64,000 bases of DNA. It comes from Owenia fusiformis. Its lineage: Eukaryota. The notes under the pieces are model-generated. The model made no database searches and was not told the origin of the DNA. It worked only from the letters and a program-made list of their open reading frames with translations. This document shows positions 38,801 through 49,945 of the stretch, piece after piece. A program made the translations under genes and the position numbers. Numbering within the stretch: the first letter of the stretch is position 1; the number at the start of each line of letters is the position of its first letter. The stretch lies in assembly GCA_903813345.2 (NCBI GenBank), contig CAIIXF020000001.1, forward strand, positions 16,554,001 to 16,618,000. Reading direction: 5' to 3'.

Positions 38801-41114
38801 TTTGAAGGTATAGCATGAACATTCATCGAATGTTAGAGTCAGCTTACAAATGAGAAAATATGTGAAACAGCAGAGCAGAGAGTAGGCCACAAGATTTCAA
38901 AAACAATTGTGCAAAGGTCTTTTGTGTAGAACAAGACTAGATAGAGATTGCTTATTTTTTAGGCCAAACACTTCTTTCCTTTGAAAAAGATTAAGTCAAA
39001 CTAGCCCAAGCTCTGTTTTATTTCAATACTTTCTTTAATTTTCAGTTTAAAAAAATCAATATGAAGTAATTTAAGAAATAAATAACTAATTTTCTTAAAT
39101 TACATTTCGTACATTTGAGAATACAATCAAAAACCATGGTTTCTTTCTTTGAAGTTGAGAAAACTGCAATCAAAAGCCATGGAAGACGGTTGATTGCAAT
39201 CGAAAGCCATGCTTTTCCATGGTTATTTCTTTGATGTTTTGGAAAGTGCGATCAAAAGCCATGCTTTTCCATGATTATTCTTTTGATCTTTTGAAAGTCC
39301 ATGGTTTTCCATGGGCTATTTGTTTGGTCTTTTGGAAGCAGAAAAATGAATAATACATTGTTTCTAAATGAACTTCTCCAAATTAAGTCCCATTCAACTT
39401 TTATAAGCATATTATCTGAAAAAATCCACAGAAAAGTATATACTTTTACAGAATTTTGACTTGAAATTGAGATGGGGGATTAACACAAGCCTATGGCTGC
39501 AAACTGAAATGTTATACCTAAGTGATAAAAATTCAATTTGTCTATGTAAGAATATTATATTTAAAAAGAAGTTGCATGAAGGAAGGGGAGGGGGTTAACA
39601 ACACCATTTGGCTTAAAACATGAAACATAGTATAAGTAATTAAAATTGATTTGTCTTTGAATAGGAATAAATAATCATTTGCATAATTTTTAAATATTTG
39701 GTTGCCATTATTCTATGTTAATTAGGTGTCTTAACTCTCAAATTAATGTCAAAAGATTAATCTCTTTACAACAGATTATAAGAGTTAATTTGCATAATTC
39801 TTAAATATTCTGATCTTAATTGTTATTATATATGATAATCTTACTCTTTCTAATGCTCCCTCTTCAGTAATTATTATTGTCTGTGAGTGTAGACAGTGCA
39901 AGTCAAAAACTCATTGTTGATCAAATAAAACCAAATAGGATTTACTCCAAGTAAAAATGTTTATTCAGTCTGCAATAAGGGAATCCAGTGAGCTGATTTT
40001 ATCATTTATTTTGTCTTTTTTTACATAAGTGCCAAAGTTAAATGATAGCAAATCCCAGCAAACAAATTATTACTTTTAATTGTGGGGTCAAATCATCAAT
40101 TAAAAAATATATTAAGTAAACAGTTCTTTGTCATATGACACTATGTACAGAATGTACTAAACATATATTCAGATTGTAAAAACATGGTTGTATTTCAGGC
40201 CTGAAACCAGCTTTTGTCAAGAAGGTTGACTTTCTCAAAGATTTTGGGGTGGGGGGGGGGGTGTCATATTCTTTTATCTATGATTAATGAGACTAATTCT
40301 CAATCCAGCTTGGATTCATTCGTTAAAATATTGATTCAATTTTGAAGATTTGGGTAAAAACAAAACCTGCCAAAATTGTTGATTTTACAACTCAAGTGTC
40401 ATGGTAAAAACATGGCATGTTCATGAAAAAACAATTACCAAACCACCAATAACCACGGAAAATCATGGTAAATATCCATGGAAGATTACCATGGGTATCC
40501 ATGAATTTCCATGAAAAATACCATGAAAAACCATGAATTTCCATGGAAAACCATGGATTACCATGGACGCACCATGGAATACCATGGTTACCATGGCTTT
40601 TTTCTTAAGGGCGAGCCTCAATCGCCAAAGCACCAAAGACCACAAAAAGGTTGGAAATCATAACATGTCACCTCATCTGGTGGAGACATAAAAGTTACTT
40701 TTCAATGTTTCAAACTTTCTATCATTTTGCCATTCCAAATTTCCTCACCATGACAGCAATTTTGGAGAATAATCTTAATTTTCCCGACTTTTCTTAGAAT
40801 AATCTCTTTGAAAAGGGTGGATTTTAAATCGTTTCTAATAAAATTATAATATTTTTTATAAGCCGATATTCGATTATGTTTCGATTACATATTTTTATCA
40901 ATGACATATTTGCACTTACCATAGCAACCATATTTGCAGCCTTTGGCTGGTTTGGAGTCTCTCCTCTTGCGGTCTTTGCTCTATATTCATTATGTAAGTC
41001 GAGAAAATATTGCATTTCCTCTTTTGTCAAGTCCCTGTCGCCACTAACGTCGCCTCTGGACCACGCATAGTGAGATATTAAGCCAATAACCAGTATTAAA
41101 TATTGTAGAATCAT
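14881..41114 (-). CDS. Secreted CAP (SCP/CRISP/PI16-like) protein with an EGF-like and two ShK domains, ~385 aa
   Basis: Exons (-): 41114-40920 (signal peptide, LDLHNEYR, KAANM), 33581-33442 (EWDDRLE..GQN), 33143-32970 (WYNE, CGHYTALVWA, VGCG, CNYAPG), 21385-21273 (GN..PYIEGEPCSQCP), 20185-20147, 19897-19805 (EGF-like CKNG..CSCTCDDGWSGAGC), 19565-19446 (ShK-like C..C..GQC..WMADVCRKSCKKC), 19246-19184, 18738-18640 (alternative donor 18607), 15002-14881 (ShK CVN..CSTWAANGECSANPDWMQANCAKACGQC*). Splice phases are consistent. The two linker exons are the least certain. Confidence 0.82.
15740..16775 (-). pseudogene. Harbinger-type DDE transposase, frameshifted near the C-terminus
   Basis: HTH segment LSPRNRLLLTLLWLRSY..LMFDVHRTTICKVI, plus GAIDGT, HSGFLGHMND, ILADKIY and RVYVE. 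The ORF stops at 15852, but another frame continues IIGNLKAFRVMG..RIVEI, indicating a frameshift right after the catalytic E. Start and end positions are approximate. Confidence 0.8.
16836..17404. repeat. Two ~130-140 bp palindromic units in inverted orientation inside the Harbinger element
   Basis: 16836-16977 (ATGCCTGGGTCACATTTGCTCCGAT..GGCGCCCGGCCGATTGAGTA..TACTCAATCGGCCGGGCGCC..ATCGGAGCAAATGTGACCAAGGCAT) and 17278-17404. Each is self-complementary, and their loop sequences are mutually reversed. Confidence 0.85.
17750..18590. repeat. 48-bp minisatellite with higher-order variants
   Basis: Unit ~ATACCAAATCAACACAACGCTAAATCCCCAAAACATTTAAACGTCATG and a variant ..TCCACACAACATCAAAACGACACA. Degenerate related sequence lies at ~15240-15430, on the other side of the Harbinger insertion. 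Confidence 0.92.
20234..21210 (+). mobile_element. Internally deleted Tc1/mariner-superfamily transposon
   Basis: TA|CAGGGTGACAAAAAAAACTGGAACCCA...TGGGTTCCAGTTTTTTTTGTCACCCTG|TA. ORF from 20381 has an N-terminal HTH (IFRLVQRFDSEGTV), then WLQQYGVTPH..PPHSPDLKP (cf. QQDGAPPH / WPPRSPDL). A frameshifted tail ..CIQCRGAHLEH follows. Confidence 0.88.
22384..22440 (+). promoter_or_regulatory. Upstream module shared by the three nested paralogs (copy A)
   Basis: CAACAGCATGCTGA-N-ATTGGTGAACTTTGGAC...AAAGTCC, ~125-180 bp before the ATG. Homologous blocks lie at 25730-25786 and 30404-30458. Confidence 0.55.
22565..23388 (+). CDS. Nested paralog A: secreted coiled-coil / Thr-rich protein, ~159 aa, unknown family
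   Basis: Exon 1 22565-22868 (hydrophobic signal peptide, PLCKKPQ, heptad pattern, LEEKIEHLEETCSC; donor G|GTAAG). Exon 2 23213-23388 (acceptor TTCCAG, Thr/Pro-rich, ends GRAGAETTEMYDSFDVKK*). Phase-1 intron. Confidence 0.85.
23775..24060 (+). mobile_element. Decayed Penelope-like retroelement RT fragment
   Basis: From 23829 it translates YDKRDDFNFDIIDFPHLDSNI*LNPVYGVYVSQPIRYSRTCS, matching the Penelope-like RT thumb motif YDKRDDF.F.I..FP.L.SNIP...YGVY.SQL.RY.R.C. Contains an in-frame stop. Confidence 0.75.
25730..25786 (+). promoter_or_regulatory. Upstream module shared by the nested paralogs (copy B)
   Basis: GGCACATCAACAGCATGCTGA-N-AATTGGCC..GAGAGCCAAAGTCAAG, with a TATA-like CTATATCTAAA near 25850. 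Confidence 0.55.
25944..27896 (+). CDS. Nested paralog B: secreted coiled-coil / Thr-rich protein, ~169 aa, unknown family
   Basis: Exon 1 25944-26262 (MNVCIVAQVVLILACTSFISA|YVPLCKKHQ...LEDRLENLEESCKC; donor G|GTAGG). Exon 2 27706-27896 (acceptor TTTTAG, Thr-rich, ends GRAGVETLTTEMYDSFDVKK*). Phase-1 intron. Confidence 0.87.
26645..27285. repeat. 93-bp tandem repeat, ~7 nearly identical copies, in the intron of paralog B
   Basis: CAAGGCAATAG recurs at 26654, 26747, 26840, 26933, 27026, 27119 and 27212. Confidence 0.95.
29172..29366. mobile_element. Small G/C-tract MITE
   Basis: CAGACCGTAGCC...GGCTATGGGCCTG with flanks CATAC/CATAT. The internal TCAGAATGGTGAAA is shared in reverse with the MITE at 36442-36744. 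Confidence 0.6.
30404..30458 (+). promoter_or_regulatory. Upstream module shared by the nested paralogs (copy C)
   Basis: GGCACATCAACAATGTTCTGA-N-AATTGGTCAAC..AGAGCAAAGTCTA. TGAACTTTG lies at ~30506 and a TATA-like TTTATATTATAAG at ~30523. Confidence 0.55.
30595..32482 (+). CDS. Nested paralog C: secreted coiled-coil protein with a long mucin-like stalk, ~314 aa, unknown family
   Basis: Exon 1 30595-30913 (signal peptide, YVPLCKRHQ...FEDRIRNLEESCTC; donor C|GTGAG). Exon 2 31857-32482 (acceptor TTTCAG, VKTTPT(T/S) tandem repeats, ends GRLGETTEMYDSFDV*). Phase-1 intron. Confidence 0.87.
35015..36409. mobile_element. Nested non-autonomous element with TAG...CTA termini (Academ-like)
   Basis: TAA|TAGTCCCTGGTATGA...TCATACCATGGACTA|TAA. 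Subterminal inverted blocks GTAGCACACTATAGCGCAGC and ACTTCCGGCTTT occur at both ends. Confidence 0.7.
36442..36744. mobile_element. G/C-tract MITE with a 5-bp TSD
   Basis: TAAAT|CAGGCCCG...CGGGCCTG|TAAAT. Confidence 0.75.
38497..40611. mobile_element. Non-autonomous DNA transposon, CCC-type termini (EnSpm/CMC-like), CCATGG-rich subterminal repeats
   Basis: CG|CCCTTAAGAAAAAAGCCATGGTAACCATGG...CCATGGTTACCATGGCTTTTTTCTTAAGGG|CG. The inverted similarity extends >150 bp and there is no ORF. Confidence 0.82.
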
Positions 41115-41156
41115 GGTTGCAGATGAAGTTTTGGGGAGGGTAAAAATGATCATCCT

Positions 41157-41165
41157 TTTTATATA
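41157..41165 (-). promoter_or_regulatory. Candidate TATA box of the CAP gene
   Basis: TATATAAAA on the - strand, ~45 bp upstream of the ATG at 41114. Confidence 0.55.
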
Positions 41166-42823
41166 GCTCTCAGAATTGTTAACAATTAACTTTAAGTGTT
41201 CATTTAGTGTCATAATAATTGAGTTTAGGGTTCGTTGTATTTTACAAAATTATGTATTGGATTTCTGTATGCACCAATCTCCTCTGCTAGTATGCAATAT
41301 TTTTTTAATTTTTCATTTGTTTCCGATGATTGATTATGTTGCCTTTTTTATGATTTCATAATTTCAAATTAATTGTTAATTGTTGACAGTGATGCGTGAG
41401 TAACAGTCCTTTCTTATAAAAAATCCATTCTCAACACCAGCAGATGGTGAAAATGGGTGAGAGAGGGAGGGAGAGTGACTGAGCATACGATAAACAAAAA
41501 ACAAACTAATGAGTTAAATGTATATAACAATTCAATATTTTATTTACTATTGACTAGTAAAATATATGTATAGATCTATAATATCTAAAATACTACAATA
41601 TTATAAATAATACTGTCCATTAAAACCTCTGTTGGAAGGGACTAATTCGTCCCGATTATCAGCAGAATATAACAATACTATAATGTAACAATTATTATTC
41701 CAAATTACACAATATAATATATCTAATTATATTGATGCGTAATAAAAATTGGATAAAACAGGAGACAAACGTTAACAAATAATACGATGTATTATAATAT
41801 CACTAATGAGGCATATAAGGTTATGTTGGATCATAATTTGCTTTTGAATTACCCTGTCATATAGTAATTGGTAAGCTGACTAATAATGTACGAAATGAAA
41901 CAATTCTAACAAAATTGAATGCATTCTAAAAATTCATTTCGTTCGTTGTGTACCTTTACTTTACTAGGAGGTACGGATTGCACAGGACGAAAGGCTCGGA
42001 AATTGAATTAAAGTCATTAAATGTGTAAGTACAAGTGCCAAGGGGGTACAGACAAAAACAGAGATGAAATATTTAACAGTCCAACTGGTCATTAGGAAAC
42101 AAAATACCAACATTCCAAACAAAAATCCAAACAAAAAATGTGTTATGGGCTCCAACTTTCCACAATGGACCATTCAAAGCGTAAGATAACCATGCGCAAA
42201 GGTTGTAGATTTTGACAAAATAAAAATTGGACGGTCAAATTGCCTGCCAGGGGAGCAACCTAATGAATCAATTTCCTCACCCAGGGAGCAATGATAAATG
42301 GTTAAATATATTCAAAATTGCCATTAGCAGGAATATACTATTCTAGTACATGTTTACAATTCAAAAGTCCCTATTCCTGGCTTGAGACGGTGGATCAACA
42401 CACTGAACACATGGATATGTTACAGTTATGATAATACTACATTACATTAAATAAAACCATGGAATTGGCCGGGTGGATCTGTTTTCTAAACCTGAGCATA
42501 TAAAAATTATCACAGAGACAAGATATGTGCAAGATATGTGCAATTTGCTGAAAAATTAAGCAAGTTTAAAGTGAACCTGTGGATTTCCACGTACATTTCT
42601 CAAAACTATTTCCTTATTTACATTACGCTTGACCCAAAATAGTCTTCATGATTAGATGGACGGTCTGAGTACAATAAAAGGGTAAAATTTGCAATTTGGC
42701 ACACAAGTTCTTTTTAAAAATATATATGGCACTAAAACTAATACTTATAATTTCAAAATCAATATATCAACCAATAACAACCCTCAACCTTAAAAATTAA
42801 AACATAATGTCCTCAATAATGTA

Positions 42824-42905
42824 CAGTAAAACCTTTGTAATTAGAACACCCTCCATACCTCTAAAAGTATTCCACGAGAGGTGTTCCACCTGACAGGTTT
42901 AACTG
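42824..42905. mobile_element. Tiny pogo/Tigger-like MITE
   Basis: TA|CAGTAAAACCT...AGGTTTAACTG|TA. A related copy lies at 54650-54796. Confidence 0.65.
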
Positions 42906-42910
42906 TACAT

Positions 42911-45900
42911 TTAATACATTTTGGTTTTCTTTTGTTTTCTATAGTACAATATTGATATAAGCATTGCACAGTTAAGTGAAGCAGCAGTCCCGATTGTGAT
43001 CAGCATGGCAACATCTCCTGTTTGCACTAAGGTTGTAAATATGCGAACTAAAACAAAAGCAGACGAAGAGTTAGTAAGGAAGACCTTAATATTAATGTAT
43101 AAGTAATATTAACAAAATATATGAACTGTATAAAAACATATGTTATAATGTTACATAATTTAAGAAATCAATTTTCAGAAGGTATGCAGAATATTAATTT
43201 TTAAAATAATACTAAAAATCATTCATATTTATATTTTTTTACAAAGTTCCCCCAAACAATATGCAATCATTTTCAGTTCATTCAGAAAAGCTGAAATACC
43301 CTTGAAACAGAAAACTGCATAAAACAAGGCCAGTGATCTTTTATATGAATGGTTGATAATCCCCACTAACCCCTTGGGTTTTAGAGAACGAGGTGAGGAG
43401 TCTGAAGTCAGTATTCAGATTAATAGTTACTCACCAGAGGCAGTGTATGTTGCTATACCCCATGTTACAGCACTAATTGGACCGGGGTCACGGTTGACGA
43501 TTATTTGACGGAGCTGAATTAACTTACTACTGGCAGCAAGGGGAGTCACTGAACTCTGCAATTAAATATTATGGTTAGTACTACTGTATGGTATTTGAAG
43601 CAGGAGTTATCAAATTATTTGTTTGACATTAAAATATTTCTAAATCTTCAAAAATTCTGTAAAATAATAGACATATTTCAATATAGGTTCATATCCAAGA
43701 CACCATCAATGGCACAAGGATAGACCTTGTTTTTGACGGAATCGACAAGCATTTCATATAAAACCCTTTTTATCAACAAATGTTATGGAGTCACACTGGA
43801 TTAACATTATATGAACGTTTTTCAACAAACTGAACTTTTATAAAACAATGACTGTGTGTAGAAGATATATTGTTTATTTAAATTCATATCTTTGTGTCTC
43901 TTGTTGTAATGAATACAACATTTCCGTGGCTCATATTGTAAGATGTAAAACTATTACACGAGATAGACTTGACTTACTATGAGCATATACATAATTGAGC
44001 TGGGAAGCATCCCCATAGAAATCGCAGTAGAACCTGCAAAATATCTGAAAACTAGTTAAGAATTGTTTTGGTCTTGAAATGTGATGTTTGTCTGGACTGA
44101 CTTAACTGACTGGACTGACTGACTGACATTCAAAAAATTAATATTCCTAAGTATTGATGAACCATTCAAATCTCTGCCCAGGGTTCAATCTAGTGTCCCA
44201 TTCCTGGGAGCAATTACACCTGGTAACTGTAGCAATATATGTACAAGTATTTCAAAAGTCCCTTCTCCTTGGACAAGGTACTATCATGTCAAAATGACAA
44301 AATCCCATCCCAAAACAGACAGAAAACTTTTTATATTCCGTATATCAGACTCTATAAAATTTATAATAAATCTGACTTCTGGTTTTTGAGTTATGGATTT
44401 TCTAACCGAAAATCAAAAACATATATGACTTTTCTATATGAAATAAGGATACATTCCAAATGCAGCAATTGTCAGTATATTGAGGTGGCCTTGGTCATTC
44501 AGCAGTATAAGTAGAAGAATCATATCTGAAATTAAATCAACATTTAGATTATACACAAGAGTCATATCATAATAAGTGTCCAAGACAAAGACATAACTGC
44601 AAATAATATTTACAATATATCTCTAACATACTATTGAACAGTTGTCCAGCTGACATTTCTGTGAAGTTTTAATAAGAATTGAGTGTCAGATATGAAAAGG
44701 TATCTGACAGTGGAGTCCTGATAATTAATAAACTTTTTAGCTGTTGTTTGTATGGCATATATGGCATATATTCAAACAGTCTTGGTCAATCTCTCCTAAA
44801 GAGATTCACAGTCAAACTCTAATTAAAGGGTATTACTTACCTTGTATAAGTAGCATAGAGTACTCAACGTAGGCACTTAATGGATATTCATTGGCAAACT
44901 GGTAGCAGAACAAGATAGTAAACCTATGAAGAAATATTACATGTAAGTCAATCAATGGTGAAATAGACCAGATATATCATATATGATACAATATGTGAGC
45001 AGAGACTTAAAACAATAGATGACCAGAGAAATGGTATAATAATCATAGAATTGGTACAATATATGACCAGTGGCGCAGTTCAATGGATTGCCAGAGAAAT
45101 GGTTTGATAGATGTCTAATGACATGGTATAATAGTTGATCTGAGACAAAGTACAATAGAAAACAAGAAACAATGTACAATAGAGAGATAAGGATAATACA
45201 ATGGATGACAACATAAATGGTACAATTGATGACCTATGAATACTGATCGGAGATATGGACAACAGAGAACTTGAACAAGACACACAGTGATAAATATCGC
45301 ACTTTGAAGAGCAAACTGGCCACCATGCAATTTACCCAGCATGGCCAAAACCTAATCAGACCTTGGCACTAGTCTGCTCTTGCATCTGTAAACATTTCAA
45401 GTTGACAAGGTTAGCGGTTTTCCTGCAATTTTGATGACAAGAATTTATTTGTAGTCTTGAACTTTTTCAGACCTCAGTAGGTGTTTTGTAATTAAGCTGA
45501 CCTAAATTTAAATCCAAAATATCAATTTAGAAAATCAACTTTTTGACCTTTTCAAGGTCACTGAAGGTGAACGAAAGGTCAAATCTGAAATCTAAGGTCA
45601 GATTTGAACTTCTGAGAACTTGTAGATGTTTTTAAAAAAAAATTTGGTCAATTTGGAGCAAGTTGAAAATTCAAAATGGCCGCCAAATTGAAAAATTCAA
45701 AATGGCCACCATGTAATTCAGCCAGCATACCCAAAACCTAATCAGATCTTGGCAATAGTCTGCTCTTGCATCTGTAAAAATTTCAAGTTGAACGGAGAAG
45801 TGGTTTTCCTGGAATTTTGATGACAAGATTTGTTGAAAAATTCAAAATGGCCGCCACCTAGTTTACCCAGCATGCCCTAAACCTAATCAGATCTTGGCAC

Positions 45901-48900
45901 TAGTCTGCTATTGCATGTGTAAAAATTTCAAGTTGAACAGGTTAGCGGTTTTCTTGGAATTTTGATGACAAGAATTGATTTGTAGTCTCAAACTTTGAGA
46001 AACTTGGATAACATCATTTGTGACCTAGTTTAATGACCTTGACCTTCGACCTTGAAAATTTCACTTTTTCAGACCTCAGTAGGTGTTTTGTAACTAAGCT
46101 GACCTAAATTTAAATCCAAAATATCAATTTAGAAAATCAACCTTTTTACCTTTTCAAGGTCACTGAAGGTGAACAAAAGGTCAAATCTGAAATCTAAGGT
46201 CAGATTTGAACTTCTGAGAACTTGTAGATGTAAAAATTTGGTCAATTTGGAGCAAGTTGAAAAATTCAAAATGGCCGCCAAATTGAAAAATTCAAAATGG
46301 CCACCATGTAATTCAGCCAGCATACCCAAAACCTAATCAGATCTTGGCAATAGTCTGCTCTTGCATCTGTAAAAATTTCAAGTTGAACGGATAAGTGGTT
46401 TTCCTGGAATTTTGATGACAAGATTTGTTGAAAAATTCAGAATGGCCGCCACGTAGTTTACCCAGCATGCTCTTAACCTAATCAGATCTTGGTACTAGTC
46501 TGCTCTTGCATCTGTAAAAATTTCAAGTTGAACAGGTAAGCAGTTATCCTGGAAATTTGATGACAAGATTTGGTTTATGTCCCGCCCGCCCGCCCGCCCG
46601 CCTGCACGCCCGCATGCCCGCCCGCCCAACAGCACAAGACGACGACAATATAGCACTTTTTCAAAGTGCGATAAAAAGGGCACTATAACAGTACAATAGA
46701 TGATGAGTGACATGGTACATTTGATAACAATGGTATCATGGATCACCAAATATATGCCATGGTACAATAAACGACCACAGACAAGTTGCAAATAGATGAA
46801 ACCAAAAGTCAATAATACTTTAAAATGCGTCAGAGCGCTTAAAATACAACACATATTCATCCCCCCCAGACCCCACTTAATGTTAGTTTTTACTTCACTC
46901 AACTCACGTTCCCTTGTTGGCGTACTACTCATAAAAATAGCGCTAAGCCCATGATGACCAGAAACAGAACAATAGATTATCAGAGACATGGTACATAAAT
47001 ACAGTACTGTCAACCCCCAAAGATTTTCTCGCGGGACAGATTTTTTAGACCCAGTGCCCAAAATTCGCGGGATTTTGCGGGACATCTACTAAATTCGCGG
47101 GATTTTGCGGGACATTTAAGGGATTTGCGTGATTGCGCTAATAGGCCAAATTTTTTATCAAATTCGCGGGATTTCGCGGGACCATTCGAGGGACAAACAC
47201 CCTGATTGCGGGACAGTTAACAGGTTTACCACCAAAAACTTCATAGAGGGACAGATTTTTTAGACAAAGTGCCCTAAATTTGCGGGATTTCGCGGGACAT
47301 CCACCTAAATTTGCAGGATGTCTCGGGACATTCAAGGGATTTGCGTGATTGGGACAAATGTAAAAGCGTGTAAAAGTACTTAAATCAAACTTTCAGATAC
47401 TGATTAATCAAATATAATGCACCTTTACATTGTAACTTAAATAAACGTCGACACAATTTTACAAAATACGCATAGGAATATTATTTAACTTTATTGTAAT
47501 TTATCAAAAAATCAAAAATTCGGAACAATACTTTGCACTTCTGGCGTCGTGACCAACTATGAAACGCTTACCCCCATAATGTTATATATTAAAATGTACC
47601 CATTCATATACTGTAGGCATGGGCTTTCAATTGAAAGCCCATGATATAGGGGTTCGATTAATCTACATCAAATTATAGGGCATGAGGTTACTTTTCTAGA
47701 TAGGGTTTGTAGAAAAACCGGGTACCGGGTAGTAAATCCTCCATGCTGGGTTCAAACTTGGTACCCGGTCGAAAAAACCGGATACCCAAAAAACGAAATA
47801 TACGAATATACAACATAATTAGATCATTAGAAAACGTGTAAGATTTGTTTTGAATTTACAAAAATGTATGTAACTTCCTTCAAAATTGAGCTAGAAGCTT
47901 CAAATAAAAAGCATTTTAAGGCTCTTTTTTCCTCTATGGTCATATTTTAATGGTAATGAAGGGGGGGGGGGGGCGATCGCACCCCCTCCTGGCTACGCCA
48001 ATGACATTGTAAGACGATTTGAAAAACAAGACAAATCAATCTTACTCTATTTTCAATAGTTCGTATGTTGGTGCGTAAATTGTTTTGATTATGATTTAAA
48101 TCTGTAAATAGCTATCGTTGCTTTAGCAGAGAGCTGACGTGTGTTAATTTACATGATGCAACGTGTAAGATTTTGATTATTAATCATAATTTAAGTTATC
48201 CTAATTTTCGACAAAATGTCCACTGAATTGTAAGTTGTTATGTCTTACAATGTCATAGGCGTAGCCAGGAGAGGGTGCGATGGGTGCACCCCCCCCCCCC
48301 CCATAACCAATGAAAATATGGCCATGACGATAGAGGAAGAAAATAGCCTTAAAATATGCTTTTTATTTAAAGCTTCTAGCTCAATTTTGAAGGATGTTAC
48401 ATGCATTTTTGTAAATTCAAAACAAATCTTACACGTTTTCTCATAATCTAATTATGTTATATATTCGTATTTTTCGTTTTTTGGATACCCGTTTTTTTTG
48501 ACCCAGCATGGTACCCGGTTTTTTCTACAAACCCTTACTAGATATCAGCGTCCATTTATTGTAACTTGCGTTTGCTAACATTTGCTCAGTTCTGAGATGA
48601 AGCCACACGAGTAGTAAAAAGGCCAACGTTGGAACTATTTGTGACCTACATCTCTATTTTCGTAATTAAAATGAAAGTTGAACCCTTCCTCTTTATTTTG
48701 ATACCAAACAACAGCATGCTAGGTACTTAAAATTAGGTAAACTTTACTCCTCCAAAGTGCAAAAACTTAGCTTCTTATATAAGATAAGATAATCACAATA
48801 TAGGGGATTGCAACAATTTCGGAAATTCGCGGAGGTCAAAGCCACAATTGCGGGACTTCGCGGGACATTGCGGGACACGCGAATCAGCCTAATTTTGATC

Positions 48901-49692
48901 AAATTCGCGGGATAATCCCGCCATTCGCGGGACACTTGACAGCTCTGTAAATACATGTAACCACAAAAATGGCGCAATATTACAAGAGATAAAAATTACA
49001 AGAATCATAAATTTAGAAATGGAACAACATTTTTTTTTCTGGAAATTTTTGGATAATGACGGTATGGTAGTGATTCTAAGTATAGATCAGAGATGTGTTT
49101 AGTTACCTTTTTGTAAGGCTGTCTCTGTATTACTAATTTATTGGTTAGAGGATTGGGGCCTCGGGCCCCTCACTATCATTCATAATTCAGTTATTAGACA
49201 TTCTATCTACACCTGACAATTACATAAATTGGTGAAAAAAACTAGAAATAAGCTTTCAAGGGTTTTTTCACCAATAGATGACAGTCAGGTGTTGATACAG
49301 GTACCTGTGCTACTCCGTATGGAAAAGACACTACGGAGTCAAGGTGCAAAATTCAACATTTTGCGACATATGTGAAAGGGAACTGATTTGGGATGTGTTT
49401 ATTGAACTTTTTAAGTCTTCGTGTTTTAATCTAAGAGAGGAATAGAAGATGAAACCCATTGAAAAACGTACGCCCACATCTCCAACATCAAGCTGGTCAA
49501 ACTCAGTCCTTTGGTTGTCCCTGACTTCACAACAGCGATAATTTGAGGCACTTTCATGATCAAACATAATGCTACTACACTTCCGCCAAGTAAGTACACT
49601 ACAAACGTGAGTGTGGCATCATCTGAAGACATGTTTGAAGTTGAAATGTGTTCAGAATTTGTTTCACTTCCTTCATTCACGGGCGCTGACAT
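42911..49692 (-). CDS. SLC66A3: PQ-loop repeat protein 3 / solute carrier family 66 member 3-like, ~233 aa
   Basis: Exons (-): 49692-49472, 44923-44841, 44525-44453, 44044-43978, 43555-43435, 43047-42911 (702 nt, phase consistent). Motifs: MKVPQI..KGLSLTSLMLE, YPLSAYVEY, SSKLIQL..RDPGPISAVTW, RIFTTLVQTGD. C-terminal KKTKMY fits the dilysine KxKxx motif. Confidence 0.85.
45274..46677. mobile_element. Helentron-associated (HINE-like) non-autonomous element with internal tandem repeats
   Basis: Subterminal inverted repeat TATCGCACTTTGAA (45295) / TTCAAAGTGCGATA (46660), terminal hairpin GCACTTT-TTC-AAAGTGC, a (GCCC)n microsatellite at 46580-46628, and an internal ~600-bp direct duplication rich in AAAATGGCCGCC / TGACCT. 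Confidence 0.7.
47002..48947. mobile_element. Non-autonomous DNA element with a 6-bp TSD and CGCGGGA subterminal repeats
   Basis: TAAATA|CAGTACTGTCAA...TTGACAGCTCTG|TAAATA, with many (C/T)GCGGGA motifs near both ends. Confidence 0.72.
47702..48535. mobile_element. Nested hAT-like foldback MITE
   Basis: AGGGTTTGTAGAAAAACCGGGTACC...GGTACCCGGTTTTTTCTACAAACCCT, with ~300-bp inverted arms. The 8-bp flanks TTCTAGAT/TACTAGAT differ by one base and resemble a hAT TCTAGA-type target. Confidence 0.8.
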
Positions 49693-49945
49693 CTTGTATA
49701 TTCGGAGTGAATTGATCATGACACACCACATGTTATTTTTTACACAGCACGAAACGATCCCCAATCTTGATAGCAAAAGTGATCATCAGTGGAATTCGGA
49801 ACGTCCTATATAAGTCCCATAGCATCTTTCGACTAGGCTATTCCTATCTTGCCATTGAATGTGTATGACTAGTGCAGAATCAAAGTTTGATTAATCAGAG
49901 GCTGGCTATCCCTCTATTAATCAGAGAGAGCTCACCTCTTATATA

